A stretch of 64,000 nucleotides of DNA, from positions 1 to 64,000 of IMG/VR virus record IMGVR_UViG_3300042350_004632; one strand, written 5' to 3'. The notes below the pieces were generated by a model that did no database searches, had not been told where the DNA came from, and saw only the letters and a list, made by a program, of their open reading frames with translations. Made by a program: the position numbers and the translations under genes. Below, piece by piece: positions 21,501 to 31,568 of this stretch. The first letter of the stretch is position 1. Every line of letters starts with the position of its first letter. The stretch is from an uncultured virus (IMG/VR IMGVR_UViG_3300042350_004632). Its lineage: Duplodnaviria; Heunggongvirae; Uroviricota; Caudoviricetes.

Positions 21501-22046
21501 AACAAAGCAAGTCAAAATCCACCTCCTGATTTTCCCGCTACATTAGCAGAATTAAAAGAAGTGACAGTATATACTGGTCAGAAATTACAAACAGAAATAT
21601 TAACTGGTACAAATTTTTATAGAGGATTTTTTATAAAAGATCTTGGATCAGATAAATATAAAAAAAGCATAGATCAATCTCGTTTTGTAAAAGAATCAGA
21701 TTTTAAATCTACAGATATATTTTTATTTAGGATATTTGGAGATGAAGCTGGAGAGAAAATTAAAAATGATCTAACTACAATTGATGATAATCCTGATACA
21801 GTAACTTATTATGGTACAATAGTTAAATCTATTAATTTACAGAATTTATATCTTACAATGTTAAATGCTGTAAATCAAAATGTAATACAATCAAATGAAA
21901 CCTTTAGTGCATTTATAGATATAACAGCGGTTGAAAAATTTTCACAAGAAATTGATATTAAAAATATATCAAAAAATAAAATCATTTATGAAAGTAAATG
22001 TAAACAAGGATCAGAGTCATCAGGTTGTTTAAAACCAGTTAAATAA
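18558..22046 (+). CDS. Baseplate hub-like large structural protein
   Basis: 'RPMPGITS..YGSLREATVEY', 'IPFELELTLDGIGG...FIITGISHSL..NDWITTL'; follows the LysM gene. Confidence 0.6.
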   Translation: MSIFKSTLKPEIAAQLKAREKIISQTSDSGVKDKKGNPIFNIGTLPRDSNFLRFAAGKNSWVRMVSFVDADYGCKKIKNSSGEDIINPTTNKPKVECLYTGNQLAKKYILEGGTLYNSGKEGDDTFSLRRGVNKTDGVYGSNIDRISNTGTTLDRPLGLRPMPGITSLNVTNKSAYGSLREATVEYYCWDKHQLEEIELLYMRPGYSVMLEWGWSQYLDHGVANDINKYPDNISIKNFDLNTIDAFKAETEDYVYSQIDELVSKSKGNYDAILGLVKNFSWQLMPNGGYRCTTILISRGEVLETIKASSNPNIILGSTPPPAPVNIDGTTVGSSSPIFTLFERIFLTIKAAINKSEITNPDGEIRQQIVPKPNPEDPNTPPPTLSEDAQAQLDKFDTYASETYNSIKSNLEDQKIKYKFDMGDQFVDRNFNLSIAGLGLVRLSEASTDGTGIEYMNMKTFIVILNRFFIPRNKETGDPLLYLVIPEETTCLMSEDSVSIDPTICLISNDLATFITDSESTTDQQDRGFNPLMFNGFTFDPALNSYKAGSSYVLPSFYKQDTIKQKDGYKVVSVGKIGNIYISIGKILEVYRKYSGGENGVDITKLLTELLEDISFALGGINDFKLYTNRNIIQIIDAKYLETGEGASSKFMFDTFGLKSICRDVKINSRIFSEQSTMIGIAAGSSGNVKNLGDIYASTQTYFNEGLSDRIKNNLDISTSETAGNSSILDKDGKEIEANTLYYYNIYNNVSILTGYINKKILGDYTTKYNVSTANPKGIRETRIPQQIETSNASNLLKTFHYQINGKDVNFKSIIPFELELTLDGIGGFIIGQIFRIDKDMLPRSYYNSNVGFIITGISHSLQSNDWITTLKTQMCLLDNEAIELSIDKNKLKQVIQQIKTQIKGNSYLVFAMADYLVYQTLRTIGDNNPTLKEPFLEGNKKLTSSTISFDRVKADDAVYIFNALTSTTKALTFDEYLTLWFNKASQNPPPDFPATLAELKEVTVYTGQKLQTEILTGTNFYRGFFIKDLGSDKYKKSIDQSRFVKESDFKSTDIFLFRIFGDEAGEKIKNDLTTIDDNPDTVTYYGTIVKSINLQNLYLTMLNAVNQNVIQSNETFSAFIDITAVEKFSQEIDIKNISKNKIIYESKCKQGSESSGCLKPVK

Positions 22047-22060
22047 AATATTTAGAATAA

Positions 22061-25000
22061 ATGAATATATCTCCTTCAAATATAGTTGAGACTGGATATG
22101 ACCAAGGGTTTAAATTTGTAGACTCTAAGGGAGATTACTATAAAGGATTTTATCATAAAGATGATAAAGATAGATATTGGACTGGTCAAACACATACAAT
22201 AGCATCTATTAGAATATATGATACACGTAAACCAATTAATACAGATCCAAATAGTTTAGTTAAAACTCTAGGCTCAAATAATGCTTATAATAAACATTAT
22301 AATCAAAATCTAGCTACAGTTTTATTAAAATCAGATTTCATTCAACCAACAGATACTGATTATAGTTTAGGATTTTTTCCTCGTTATATAGTTCAATTAA
22401 AGGCATCAACAATACCTGAAAATAACATATATGAGTTAAATGCTATTAATTTTAACAAATATAGAAATGATGTTAGTTTTTTAAATTCATATAATGCTAT
22501 TGTTATAGGATGGAAATTAACAGGTCCATTAAATGATGTATATAAAAATAATGTTAGAATTCAACCTGGTCTTATAGATTCTAACTTACGCGCTATAGCA
22601 GATGCAAATAAAACTATTATAAATCTAAACAAATATTTAACTGATCCCCTTCAATATACTTTAATTAATGAACGTTTAGAACTAGAAATTATAACCAATC
22701 CAGTAGTGTTGGTAGAAGTACCAATATATGAAGAACTTGATCTATCAGTTTCATCATTACCTACTCCTAGTATAACAATAACTCCAACTTCAAGTCCCAC
22801 ACCTTCAATAAGTGTAAGTCCATCAATTGGATCTTCATTATCACCTAGTATTAGTGTTTCACCATCTATTACTATATCTAGAACACCATCAAAAACACCA
22901 AGTATTAGTAAATCTGCTTCAATTAGTAGAACACCTAGTGTTACTTTAAGTAAATCAATTTCTAAATCTCCTAGTATAACACCTTCAGTTAGTATCAGTG
23001 CTACACCAAGTGTAACACTAAGTGAAACACCTTCAATTAGTATTAGTGCTACACCAAGTGTTACACCAAGTGAAACACCTTCAATAAGTGTTAGTGCTAC
23101 ACCAAGTGAAACACCTTCAATAAGTGTTAGTGTTACACCAAGTGAAACACCTTCAATTAGTATTAGTGCTACTCCAAGTATTAGTATAACACCTAGTATT
23201 ACACCAACAATTAGTATAACACCATCAATAAATTCATCTATAACAGCTAGTCCTAGTATAACACCTAGTATTAGTATTAGTGCCACTCCAAGTAGAACAC
23301 CAAGTGAAACACCTTCAATAAGTGTATCTAAAACACCAAGTGTAACACCTTCAATTAGTATATCTGGAACACCAAGTGAAACACCTTCAATAAGTGTATC
23401 TAAAACACCAAGTATTTCTATTAGTACAACACCTAGTATTTCTATTAGTCAATCAATATCTAACACTCCAAGTATAACTGTTAGTAATTCTATAAGCAAT
23501 ACACCGAGTATTACTGTTAGTAATTCTATAAGTAATACTCCAAGTATTACTATAAGCAGCTCAATAAGTAACACACCTTCTGTAACACCAAGTATTTCTA
23601 TTAGTACAACACCTAGTATTTCTATTAGTCAATCAATATCTAACACTCCAAGTATTTCTATAAGTGCTACACCAAGTGTAACACCTAGTATCACTATAAG
23701 TAACTCAATTAGTAATACACCAAGCATATCAATTAGTCCATCTATTAGTAATACACCTTCTGTAACACCTAGTATAACAGTGAGTAACTCTATAAGTAAT
23801 ACACCAAGTATTTCTATAAGTGCTTCTATAAGTAATACTCCAAGTGTTACTCCAAGTATTTCAATTAGCGCTACACCAAGCATATCAATTAGTCCAACTC
23901 CAAGTATTTCAATTAGTAAATCAATATCCAATACTCCAAGTATTACTCCATCTATTAGTATTAGTGCAACACCAAGCGTTACACCTAGTATTACTATAAG
24001 TGCTTCTATTAGTAACACACCTAGTATAACTGTTAGTAACTCTATAAGTAATACTCCATCTGTAACACCTAGTATCACTATAAGCAACTCAATATCAAAT
24101 ACACCAAGTATTAGTATTAGTGCAACACCAAGTGTAACACCAAGTATTTCAATTAGTAAATCAATATCAAATACTCCATCTGTTACTCCATCTATTAGTA
24201 TTAGTGCAACACCAAGCGTTACACCTAGTATCACTAAATCAATATCAGTTAGTGTAACACCAAGTATATCAATAAGTAAATCTATTAGTAATACTCCATC
24301 TATAACACCTAGTATCACTATAAGCAACTCAATATCAAATACACCAAGTATTAGTATTAGTCCATCATTTAGCAATACACCTTCTATAACACCAACTCGA
24401 ACACCATCTGTAACTCCTTCACCAACAATATCTTATAGATCATGGTTATTAGCTAATGGCAACGATACAGTTTTCCATGATGGGTTTGAAGTTTGTGGGT
24501 GGTATCCAACAATAAGCACAACTACTTATTACACTTTACCTAATGTGACTAATCTATCAAACGGAACTACCATATACACTGATCCAGGATTAAGTATACC
24601 AATTAGTGAAAATAGTAATCCGTATGCTGTATATTTATCTGATGGTGTAAGCTATTGGAATATTGGAGACAATCCAACTGATGCTGGTAAGATATTTAAT
24701 GAAACTTCTTGTACTCCACCTTCACCAACACCTAGTATCACTAAATCAACATCAATTAGTGCTACACCAAGTATATCAATAAGTACTAGTATAAGTAAAA
24801 CACCAAGTATATCAATAAGTAAATCTATTAGTAGAACACCTAGTATTACACTAAGTAGAACACCTAGTGTTACACCAAGTATATCAATTAGTAAATCTAT
24901 AAGCAATACACCAAGTATTAGTATAAGTAAATCTATTAGTAACACACCTAGTATTACACCAAGTAGATCAGTAGCGGCAGCTAGTGTCACACCAAGTATT

Positions 25001-25387
25001 TCAATAAGTAAATCAATTAGTAATACTCCAAGTACATCACCTGCTGTAACAACATTTACAGTTAATATTTACGCTAAAACAGATGTTACTTTCCTAGGTG
25101 GAGCGGCATTATATACTTCAACTGATAATGTTAACTGGACTAGAAGAGGATCAGCTATGGGTACAGGTTGTGTAGTTAAATATGGTCCTGTCAGTATAGC
25201 TAATGGTACAACAATATACTATCAAGTAGCTGATAACGCAGTTAATCCAGGTTCTGGTGGTGATACTTACTTCCATGGCGCAAGTACAAATACAACATGT
25301 CCAGCAGCAAGTACATCTTGTGTAGGATCATTTGTTGTAACAGCGAATACTAATAGAGCACTTACAGCGCAAGAAATAGTTTGTTAA
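22061..25387 (+). CDS. Baseplate-module protein fused to a mucin-like tract and the same two Cys domains as 5510
   Basis: About 225-aa globular N-terminus ('YKGFYH', 'PTDTDYSLGFFPRY', 'WKLTGP'), then TPSISIS repeats. Confidence 0.7.
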   Translation: MNISPSNIVETGYDQGFKFVDSKGDYYKGFYHKDDKDRYWTGQTHTIASIRIYDTRKPINTDPNSLVKTLGSNNAYNKHYNQNLATVLLKSDFIQPTDTDYSLGFFPRYIVQLKASTIPENNIYELNAINFNKYRNDVSFLNSYNAIVIGWKLTGPLNDVYKNNVRIQPGLIDSNLRAIADANKTIINLNKYLTDPLQYTLINERLELEIITNPVVLVEVPIYEELDLSVSSLPTPSITITPTSSPTPSISVSPSIGSSLSPSISVSPSITISRTPSKTPSISKSASISRTPSVTLSKSISKSPSITPSVSISATPSVTLSETPSISISATPSVTPSETPSISVSATPSETPSISVSVTPSETPSISISATPSISITPSITPTISITPSINSSITASPSITPSISISATPSRTPSETPSISVSKTPSVTPSISISGTPSETPSISVSKTPSISISTTPSISISQSISNTPSITVSNSISNTPSITVSNSISNTPSITISSSISNTPSVTPSISISTTPSISISQSISNTPSISISATPSVTPSITISNSISNTPSISISPSISNTPSVTPSITVSNSISNTPSISISASISNTPSVTPSISISATPSISISPTPSISISKSISNTPSITPSISISATPSVTPSITISASISNTPSITVSNSISNTPSVTPSITISNSISNTPSISISATPSVTPSISISKSISNTPSVTPSISISATPSVTPSITKSISVSVTPSISISKSISNTPSITPSITISNSISNTPSISISPSFSNTPSITPTRTPSVTPSPTISYRSWLLANGNDTVFHDGFEVCGWYPTISTTTYYTLPNVTNLSNGTTIYTDPGLSIPISENSNPYAVYLSDGVSYWNIGDNPTDAGKIFNETSCTPPSPTPSITKSTSISATPSISISTSISKTPSISISKSISRTPSITLSRTPSVTPSISISKSISNTPSISISKSISNTPSITPSRSVAAASVTPSISISKSISNTPSTSPAVTTFTVNIYAKTDVTFLGGAALYTSTDNVNWTRRGSAMGTGCVVKYGPVSIANGTTIYYQVADNAVNPGSGGDTYFHGASTNTTCPAASTSCVGSFVVTANTNRALTAQEIVC

Positions 25388-25402
25388 AATAAAGATTTGG
25401 TT
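25051..25402 (+). repeat. Dispersed repeat copy 2 (see 8767-9118)
   Basis: Shared blocks, e.g. ACTTCAACTGATAATGTTAACTGGACTAGA and CAGCGAATACTAATAGAGCACTTACAGCGCAAGAA. Confidence 0.9.
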
Positions 25403-25427
25403 ATCTAGATTTTTAACTATATATTTA
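25396..25427 (+). promoter_or_regulatory. TTTG-N20-TATATTTA promoter
   Basis: Exact motif and spacing ahead of the replication block. Confidence 0.65.
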
Positions 25428-25443
25428 ATCTATAATAAAGGTT

Positions 25444-26712
25444 ATGTTTTATATAGTCGAAACAAAAGAACAACTTGAACATTTAGGTAAACCAGAAAAC
25501 AATACTTGTTTTATTAATGTCACTACATTAAATGATAATAGTCATCCATCATTAACTAAACCATGTTTGGTGTATTATAATGATGGAGATAAAGGTTATA
25601 TATTACCTATAGACCATAGTGAAGCATTTAAGCTAGATTGGGAAACAGTTAAAGAATTTATTTCTAGTATTGACACTGTCTATGTTTTAGATAAAAAATA
25701 CCATTTATATTTTCTATCAGGTGATAATTTATTAGATATTAATTTTACTAATTATGTTGATGAATCACAATTTGATACTAAAGTACATACTGATTTTAAT
25801 AATCAAAAATATTATATAAATGATTTAAATTCACTTATACCCATACCTAAACATTATGAAAAATGGGAAAATATATATACTCATTTAAAGGATAAATTAT
25901 ATTTTTCTAAATTTTACACTAATCATAAAAACGAATTTTTAAATACGTTTACTGAAGTATTTTACCAGATTGAAAAAAGTGGTATAGGTATTGATTCACG
26001 TAAGTTTAATAAACATTTTGAAACTACTTGGAAAGATAATTCGATTTACGGGAATACAGTTTATACACAATACAATTTATATAATTTAACTACTCGTCCG
26101 TCAAACGCATTTAATGGCGTTAATTACGCCGCTTTACCTAAGGGTAGCGCACGTGAGTCATTTGAACCAAATAATTATGTTTTTGTTGAATTTGATTACA
26201 GTGCTTACCATCCACGTATAATAGCTAAAATGATTGGTTATACATTTGAAGGTGAACCATATGATGAAGTACCTAAAGAAATTATGTTCCAAAACATATA
26301 TGGTGGTATTAGAGATGAATATGCTTGGTTTCCATTTTTTGCTAAATTAAATGAATGGTTAGATAATAAATGGAAAGAATTCAAATCAACACATATTAAT
26401 AGTTTAATATTACCTTCAGGTATTACTATACCACAAATAAAAATAGAAAATCCAAATAAAAATAAAATATTAAGTTACTTAATCCAATCATACGAAACAT
26501 ATTATAATACATTAACATTAGAACGTGTGTTAAAATTACTAGATGGTAAAAAAACTAAAATAGTATTATACACATATGATTCTATATTGTTAGATGTAGC
26601 TAAAGAAGATATTAAAACATTATTACCCAAAATTAAACAAGAGCTAGAGGCTAATGGTTTCCCAACCCGTATGAGTGTTGGCGAGAATTATGGCGCTTTA
26701 GTAAAAAAATAA
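25444..26712 (+). CDS. Short family A DNA polymerase-like protein
   Basis: 'TTRPSN..VNYAALPK', motif A 'VEFDYSAYHPRII', motif B-like 'KEIMFQNIYG', 'YLIQSYET', motif C 'LYTYDSILLD'. Confidence 0.75.
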   Translation: MFYIVETKEQLEHLGKPENNTCFINVTTLNDNSHPSLTKPCLVYYNDGDKGYILPIDHSEAFKLDWETVKEFISSIDTVYVLDKKYHLYFLSGDNLLDINFTNYVDESQFDTKVHTDFNNQKYYINDLNSLIPIPKHYEKWENIYTHLKDKLYFSKFYTNHKNEFLNTFTEVFYQIEKSGIGIDSRKFNKHFETTWKDNSIYGNTVYTQYNLYNLTTRPSNAFNGVNYAALPKGSARESFEPNNYVFVEFDYSAYHPRIIAKMIGYTFEGEPYDEVPKEIMFQNIYGGIRDEYAWFPFFAKLNEWLDNKWKEFKSTHINSLILPSGITIPQIKIENPNKNKILSYLIQSYETYYNTLTLERVLKLLDGKKTKIVLYTYDSILLDVAKEDIKTLLPKIKQELEANGFPTRMSVGENYGALVKK

Positions 26713-26719
26713 CATATTT

Positions 26720-27145
26720 ATGGAATATAATATAACCATACAAGAATTGGCCAATAAGTTATTCGGAACTTTCGCAAAGAAAGAAGACATAGATCAAACG
26801 TTAGACATTATAACTGGTCGCTACTCTATTCTATATAATAAAATTTTTATTTTAGAATCAAAAGATAGTGACGAGGTTATATTTACTTATAATATTGATC
26901 CAGGTAATATGAGTACAACTTCTGTATTACCTAACACTATATTAGTACATCGTAAAAAAGAATCGAATACTTTATATACTATTAATGCTTTAAACGCGTT
27001 AATTAAATCTTTAAATAATGGTTATGCAGATCCTAATTACAGAATAGAATGGAACGACTATCGCAACACAATTCTACTCACACAAGGTCCAGACCAATTA
27101 AGAAAATTGGAAACAACAATTCACAAAATAATTAATATTAACTAA
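26720..27145 (+). CDS. Hypothetical protein in the replication block
   Basis: 141 aa; 'HRKKESNTLYTINALN'. Confidence 0.7.
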   Translation: MEYNITIQELANKLFGTFAKKEDIDQTLDIITGRYSILYNKIFILESKDSDEVIFTYNIDPGNMSTTSVLPNTILVHRKKESNTLYTINALNALIKSLNNGYADPNYRIEWNDYRNTILLTQGPDQLRKLETTIHKIININ

Positions 27146-27180
27146 GAGCTTTTAGAAATGAAAGCTTTTGTTAACTTAGG

Positions 27181-27212
27181 TTTGGCCTCTAATTTTTCTG
27201 ATGCTATATTTA
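27181..27212 (+). promoter_or_regulatory. TTTG-N20-TATATTTA promoter
   Basis: Exact motif and spacing. Confidence 0.65.
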
Positions 27213-27238
27213 GTTATAAATAAATAAACAGTTATAAT

Positions 27239-28045
27239 ATGGATTTAAATCAAATTAAGCAACGTATGCAATCGTTGCAAAACAAAAAAGGCGGCTTCAT
27301 TAAAGAAGATCGTACTAAGACATTTTGGGCTCCACCTATTGGCAAAGCAGTAATTCGTATTGTTCCATCCAAATTTAACAAAGCTAATCCGTTTAGAGAA
27401 GTGATGTTTCATTATGGTATTGGAAACAAAACAATGTTATCGTTAACTAACTTTGGTGAAAAAGATCCAATTGTTGAATTTGCATCTCAGTTAAGAAAAA
27501 CTAGTGACAAGGAAAATTGGTCATTAGCTAAGAAAATTAGTCCTAAAATGAGGATATTTGTTCCTGTTATTGTTAGAGGCGAAGAAGATAAAGGTGTTCG
27601 TCTATGGCAGTTTGGTAGGGAAATGTATCTTGAACTATTAGGTATTGCTGAAGATGAGGATATTGGAGATTACACTGATATTATGGATGGTAGAGATTTA
27701 ACAATCGATACTGTTGGTCCTGAAGTTACAGGTACTAAATTCAATAAATCATCAGTTCGTATTAAACCAAAAACATCAGGATTATCTGATGATAATGAAG
27801 CCATTAAAAAATGGATTAGTGAACAACCAGATGTACTTGAACTCTATAAGAAATATGAGTTTGATGAAATGAAAAACATGTTGATGGAATGGTTAGAACC
27901 AAGTGAAGAAACAACTACTGAAGAAGAAACAACTGACGAAGTTACAGACACACCAGTAGTAGAATCACCTAAGACTAATTATGCGTTAAATACTAAGAAA
28001 AAAGGATTTGACGAGAATGAATTTGATGAACTTTTTAATAAATAA
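27239..28045 (+). CDS. Single-stranded DNA-binding protein (T4 gp32-like)
   Basis: 'FWAP..GKAVIRIVP', 'DPIVE', 'GVRLWQFG', 'GRDLTI', acidic tail ending 'FDELFNK'. Confidence 0.8.
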   Translation: MDLNQIKQRMQSLQNKKGGFIKEDRTKTFWAPPIGKAVIRIVPSKFNKANPFREVMFHYGIGNKTMLSLTNFGEKDPIVEFASQLRKTSDKENWSLAKKISPKMRIFVPVIVRGEEDKGVRLWQFGREMYLELLGIAEDEDIGDYTDIMDGRDLTIDTVGPEVTGTKFNKSSVRIKPKTSGLSDDNEAIKKWISEQPDVLELYKKYEFDEMKNMLMEWLEPSEETTTEEETTDEVTDTPVVESPKTNYALNTKKKGFDENEFDELFNK

Positions 28046-28050
28046 TTATT

Positions 28051-29154
28051 ATGGCTAAATCAGCTAAAAGTGTAAATACAAGTGTTTCTCAAGCAATTAA
28101 GGGTACATTTGATCTTGATAAATTCAAGAAAACAAAAAAGCTGGATCAGTCATCAAATTTTAAGACGCAGAAGTGGATCCCATTTTCACCAGCGATGCAG
28201 GACACTTTATCTATACCTGGTATACCAATGGGTCATATCACAATAGCTAGAGGTGGTTCAGATACAGGTAAAACAACACTATTGATTGAGACAGCTGTCG
28301 CTGCTCAAAAGATGGGTATATTGCCTGTGTTTATCATCACTGAGATGAAATGGGATTTCATTCATGCTCAAAAAATGGGATTTCAATGTAATGCAATTCC
28401 AGATGAAGCAACAGGCGAAGTAATGAATTATAGTGGTTTCTTTCTTTATGTTGATAGATCATCTTTAAATTCAATTGAAGATGTATCAGCGTTCATAGCT
28501 GATATTTTAGATGAACAAAAGAAAGGTAATTTACCTCATGATTTATTGTTTCTATGGGATTCAGTAGGTTCTATACCATGTGATTTAAGTATCGAACAAG
28601 GTAAAAACAATCCGATGTGGAACGCGGGTGCCATGTCAACACAGTTTGGTAACTTTATTAATCAAAAGTTTCCAATGTCTCGTAAAGATAACTCACAATT
28701 CACAAATACATTTTTTGTAATTAATAAAGTAGGAGTTCAACCAGCACTTACACCTATGAGTCAACCAAGAATGACTAATAAAGGTGGTAATACAATGTAT
28801 TGGGACGCTTCAATTGTAATTACATTTGGTAATGTGACTAATAGTGGTACATCTAAAATACATGCTCAACATAAAGGTAAAAAAGTTGAGTTTGCTAAAC
28901 GTACAAAAGTATCTATAGATAAAATTCACGCTGATTGTGGAGTAGCTACATCATCAACTGTTATAGTAACACCACATGGTTTTATTGAAGATGATCCAGA
29001 TGCTACAAAAGAATATAAAAAACAACACGCTCATGAGTGGTTTTCAGAATCTATAACTAATGTGGATGAATTAAAAATTACTGAAGATAATAGTGAATGG
29101 GAAGAAAGTATCAGTATTTCACCTACAATAGAAATAGATAATGACGAAGAATAA
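28051..29154 (+). CDS. uvsX: RecA/UvsX-like recombinase
   Basis: 'GIPMGHITIARGGSDTGKTT' Walker A; 'LFLWDSVGS' Walker B; 'KGG'. Confidence 0.85.
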   Translation: MAKSAKSVNTSVSQAIKGTFDLDKFKKTKKLDQSSNFKTQKWIPFSPAMQDTLSIPGIPMGHITIARGGSDTGKTTLLIETAVAAQKMGILPVFIITEMKWDFIHAQKMGFQCNAIPDEATGEVMNYSGFFLYVDRSSLNSIEDVSAFIADILDEQKKGNLPHDLLFLWDSVGSIPCDLSIEQGKNNPMWNAGAMSTQFGNFINQKFPMSRKDNSQFTNTFFVINKVGVQPALTPMSQPRMTNKGGNTMYWDASIVITFGNVTNSGTSKIHAQHKGKKVEFAKRTKVSIDKIHADCGVATSSTVIVTPHGFIEDDPDATKEYKKQHAHEWFSESITNVDELKITEDNSEWEESISISPTIEIDNDEE

Positions 29155-30175
29155 AATGTTCAAGCAGATGCTTGATGGTATAACAAGTGCCAAAGACGAA
29201 CCTTTACATTTAAATAGTAGAGTACTTCTTATAGACTCTATGAATACATTTCTTAGGAGTTTCGCCATGATTAACCATATGAATCCTAGTGGAGCCCACA
29301 TTGGTGGGCTCACTGGTTTTCTAAAATCAATTGGTTTTGCTATTAGGCATATTAAACCTACTAGAGTAATTCTAGTATTTGATGGTACAGGCAGTACTAC
29401 TAATAAGAAGAATTTATTTCCTGAGTATAAAGCTCATAGAAAAATTCAACGTATAACTAATTGGGATGGATTTAATGATAAAGATGATGAGTCTGAATCA
29501 ATTGAAAATCAATTAGTACGTTTAGTTCAATATCTAAGATGTTTACCTGTTGGTTTACTATCTATTGATAAAGTAGAAGCGGATGATGTTATCGGATACA
29601 TAACTAAAAGAGTTGAAGATGAAGTTTATATCATGTCAGCAGATCAAGATTTCTTACAATTAGTAACTCCTAAAGTAACAGTATATTCTCCTATTAAGAA
29701 AAAGTTTTATACACCTAAGTTAGTTAAAGAAGAATATGGTTTAGAAGCATATAATTATCTTAACCAAAAAATACTAATGGGTGACAATTCAGATAATATA
29801 CCCGGTGTAAAAGGATTAGGACCTAAAAAATTATTTAAATTATTTCCTGAATTAGAAAGTACCAACGCTGTTACTTTAGAGAGTATTTTAGAAAAATCTA
29901 CAGAATTAGTTAATGAACATGGTTTGTATGGTAATATTGTTAATTTTAAAAAACAATTACTTATAAATCAAGAATTAATGGATCTATCAGATCCAATTAT
30001 GCCTGAGAATAGTATTATTGAGATAGAAGAAGTAATACATAATGAACCTAATAAAATAGATAAGTTACATTTTTTAAAGCTGTACAATGAAGATAAGCTT
30101 GGTAATTCAATACCTAATGTAGAAGTTTGGCTTTCAGAAATATTTAGCTATCTTCAAGTATATAAAACAAAATAA
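29141..30175 (+). CDS. 5'-3' exonuclease / flap endonuclease (T4 RNase H-like)
   Basis: 'LIDSMN', 'VFDG', 'YKAHR', 'VEADDVIG', 'SADQDFLQL', 'MGDNSDNIPGVKGLGPK'. Confidence 0.9.
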   Translation: MTKNKMFKQMLDGITSAKDEPLHLNSRVLLIDSMNTFLRSFAMINHMNPSGAHIGGLTGFLKSIGFAIRHIKPTRVILVFDGTGSTTNKKNLFPEYKAHRKIQRITNWDGFNDKDDESESIENQLVRLVQYLRCLPVGLLSIDKVEADDVIGYITKRVEDEVYIMSADQDFLQLVTPKVTVYSPIKKKFYTPKLVKEEYGLEAYNYLNQKILMGDNSDNIPGVKGLGPKKLFKLFPELESTNAVTLESILEKSTELVNEHGLYGNIVNFKKQLLINQELMDLSDPIMPENSIIEIEEVIHNEPNKIDKLHFLKLYNEDKLGNSIPNVEVWLSEIFSYLQVYKTK

Positions 30176-30178
30176 GTT

Positions 30179-31549
30179 ATGACAACATTTTCAAAATTAA
30201 ACCAATATGGTTTGAATTTTCAAACTAAGGTGATTAGTTCACTTTTAAAAAATAAAAAATTTCTACTTAATATTCGAGATGTAGTAACACCAGATTACTT
30301 TGATAATCAAGCACATCAATGGTTAGTAGAAACTATCACTAAATATTTTGATAAATGGCATGCAACTCCAACACTTGATATACTTCATATTGAAGTAAAA
30401 AAGATTGAGAATGAAGTATTAAAAACAACAGTAGTAGAACAACTTAAAGAAGCTTATAAAACATCAAATGAAGATGCTGATTATGTTGAAGCTGAATTTA
30501 GTAATTTTTGTAAAAATCAACAATTAAAAAAAGCACTATTAACATCAGTTGATTTACTACAATCAGGTATGTATGATGATATTAGAGCGCTTGTTGATAA
30601 TGCTTTAAAAGCAGGAATGGATAAAAATTTAGGTCATGAGTATGAAAAGGATGTTGAAGATAGATATCGTGAAGAATATAGAAATCCAATTGCTACACCT
30701 TGGCCTGTTATAAATGGTTTATTACAAGGTGGTTTGGGTGGTGGTGATCTTGGATTAATATTTGGAGGTCCAGGAGGTGGAAAAAGTTGGTCATTAGTTG
30801 CCTTAGGAGCAGCGGCTATACAAGCTGGATTTAATGTTAATCATTACACACTTGAATTAAGTGAAGCTTATGTTGGTAAAAGGTATGATGCTTGTTTCAC
30901 TAATATACCAGTTAATACAATTCAAGAACATAGAAAAAACGTTGAATCTGTTGTATCTAATTTATCCGGTAAGTTGGTTATTAAAGAATATCCGATGGGT
31001 AAAGCGACTATAAGTACTATTGAATCACATATACAGAAATGTAGAGATTTAGATCAGTCACCTGATTTAATCCTTATAGATTATATTGATTTATTACGCG
31101 CTGATAGATCAAGTAAAGAACGTAAAGAAGAAATTGATGATGTATATATGGCTACTAAAGGTTTAGCACGTGAATTAAATTTACCAATATGGAGTGTTAG
31201 TCAGGTTAATAGAGCTGGTGCTAACGATAATATTATTGAAGGTGATAAAGCAGCAGGTTCATACAATAAAATGATGATTACTGATTTTGCATTATCATTA
31301 TCACGTCGACGTCAAGACAAAGCAGGTGGTACAGGTAGATTCCATGTCATGAAAAATAGATATGGAATGGATGGTATAACTTATTCAGCTGTCATAGACA
31401 CTTCTACAGGCCATATACATATTGATAATAATGAACTAGATGAAGAAACACTAGAACGTGAAAAACCAACTAAATTAAATGATAATTTTGACTCAGTAGA
31501 TCGTGATATTTTAAAGAAAAAGTTTTTTGAACTTAATAACAATAGTTAA
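30179..31549 (+). CDS. DnaB/gp41-like replicative helicase
   Basis: Walker A 'GGPGGGKS', 'YTLELSE', 'IDYIDLL', 'SQVNR', 'MKNRYG'. Confidence 0.9.
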   Translation: MTTFSKLNQYGLNFQTKVISSLLKNKKFLLNIRDVVTPDYFDNQAHQWLVETITKYFDKWHATPTLDILHIEVKKIENEVLKTTVVEQLKEAYKTSNEDADYVEAEFSNFCKNQQLKKALLTSVDLLQSGMYDDIRALVDNALKAGMDKNLGHEYEKDVEDRYREEYRNPIATPWPVINGLLQGGLGGGDLGLIFGGPGGGKSWSLVALGAAAIQAGFNVNHYTLELSEAYVGKRYDACFTNIPVNTIQEHRKNVESVVSNLSGKLVIKEYPMGKATISTIESHIQKCRDLDQSPDLILIDYIDLLRADRSSKERKEEIDDVYMATKGLARELNLPIWSVSQVNRAGANDNIIEGDKAAGSYNKMMITDFALSLSRRRQDKAGGTGRFHVMKNRYGMDGITYSAVIDTSTGHIHIDNNELDEETLEREKPTKLNDNFDSVDRDILKKKFFELNNNS

Positions 31550-31568
31550 TTTATCCATATTTATACCC

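Noticed and set aside
8767..25402. Diversity-generating retroelement (TR/VR pair) as an explanation of the duplicated C-terminal domain
   Set aside because: Differences are not confined to adenines and include indels, both copies are coding, and no reverse transcriptase is in the window.
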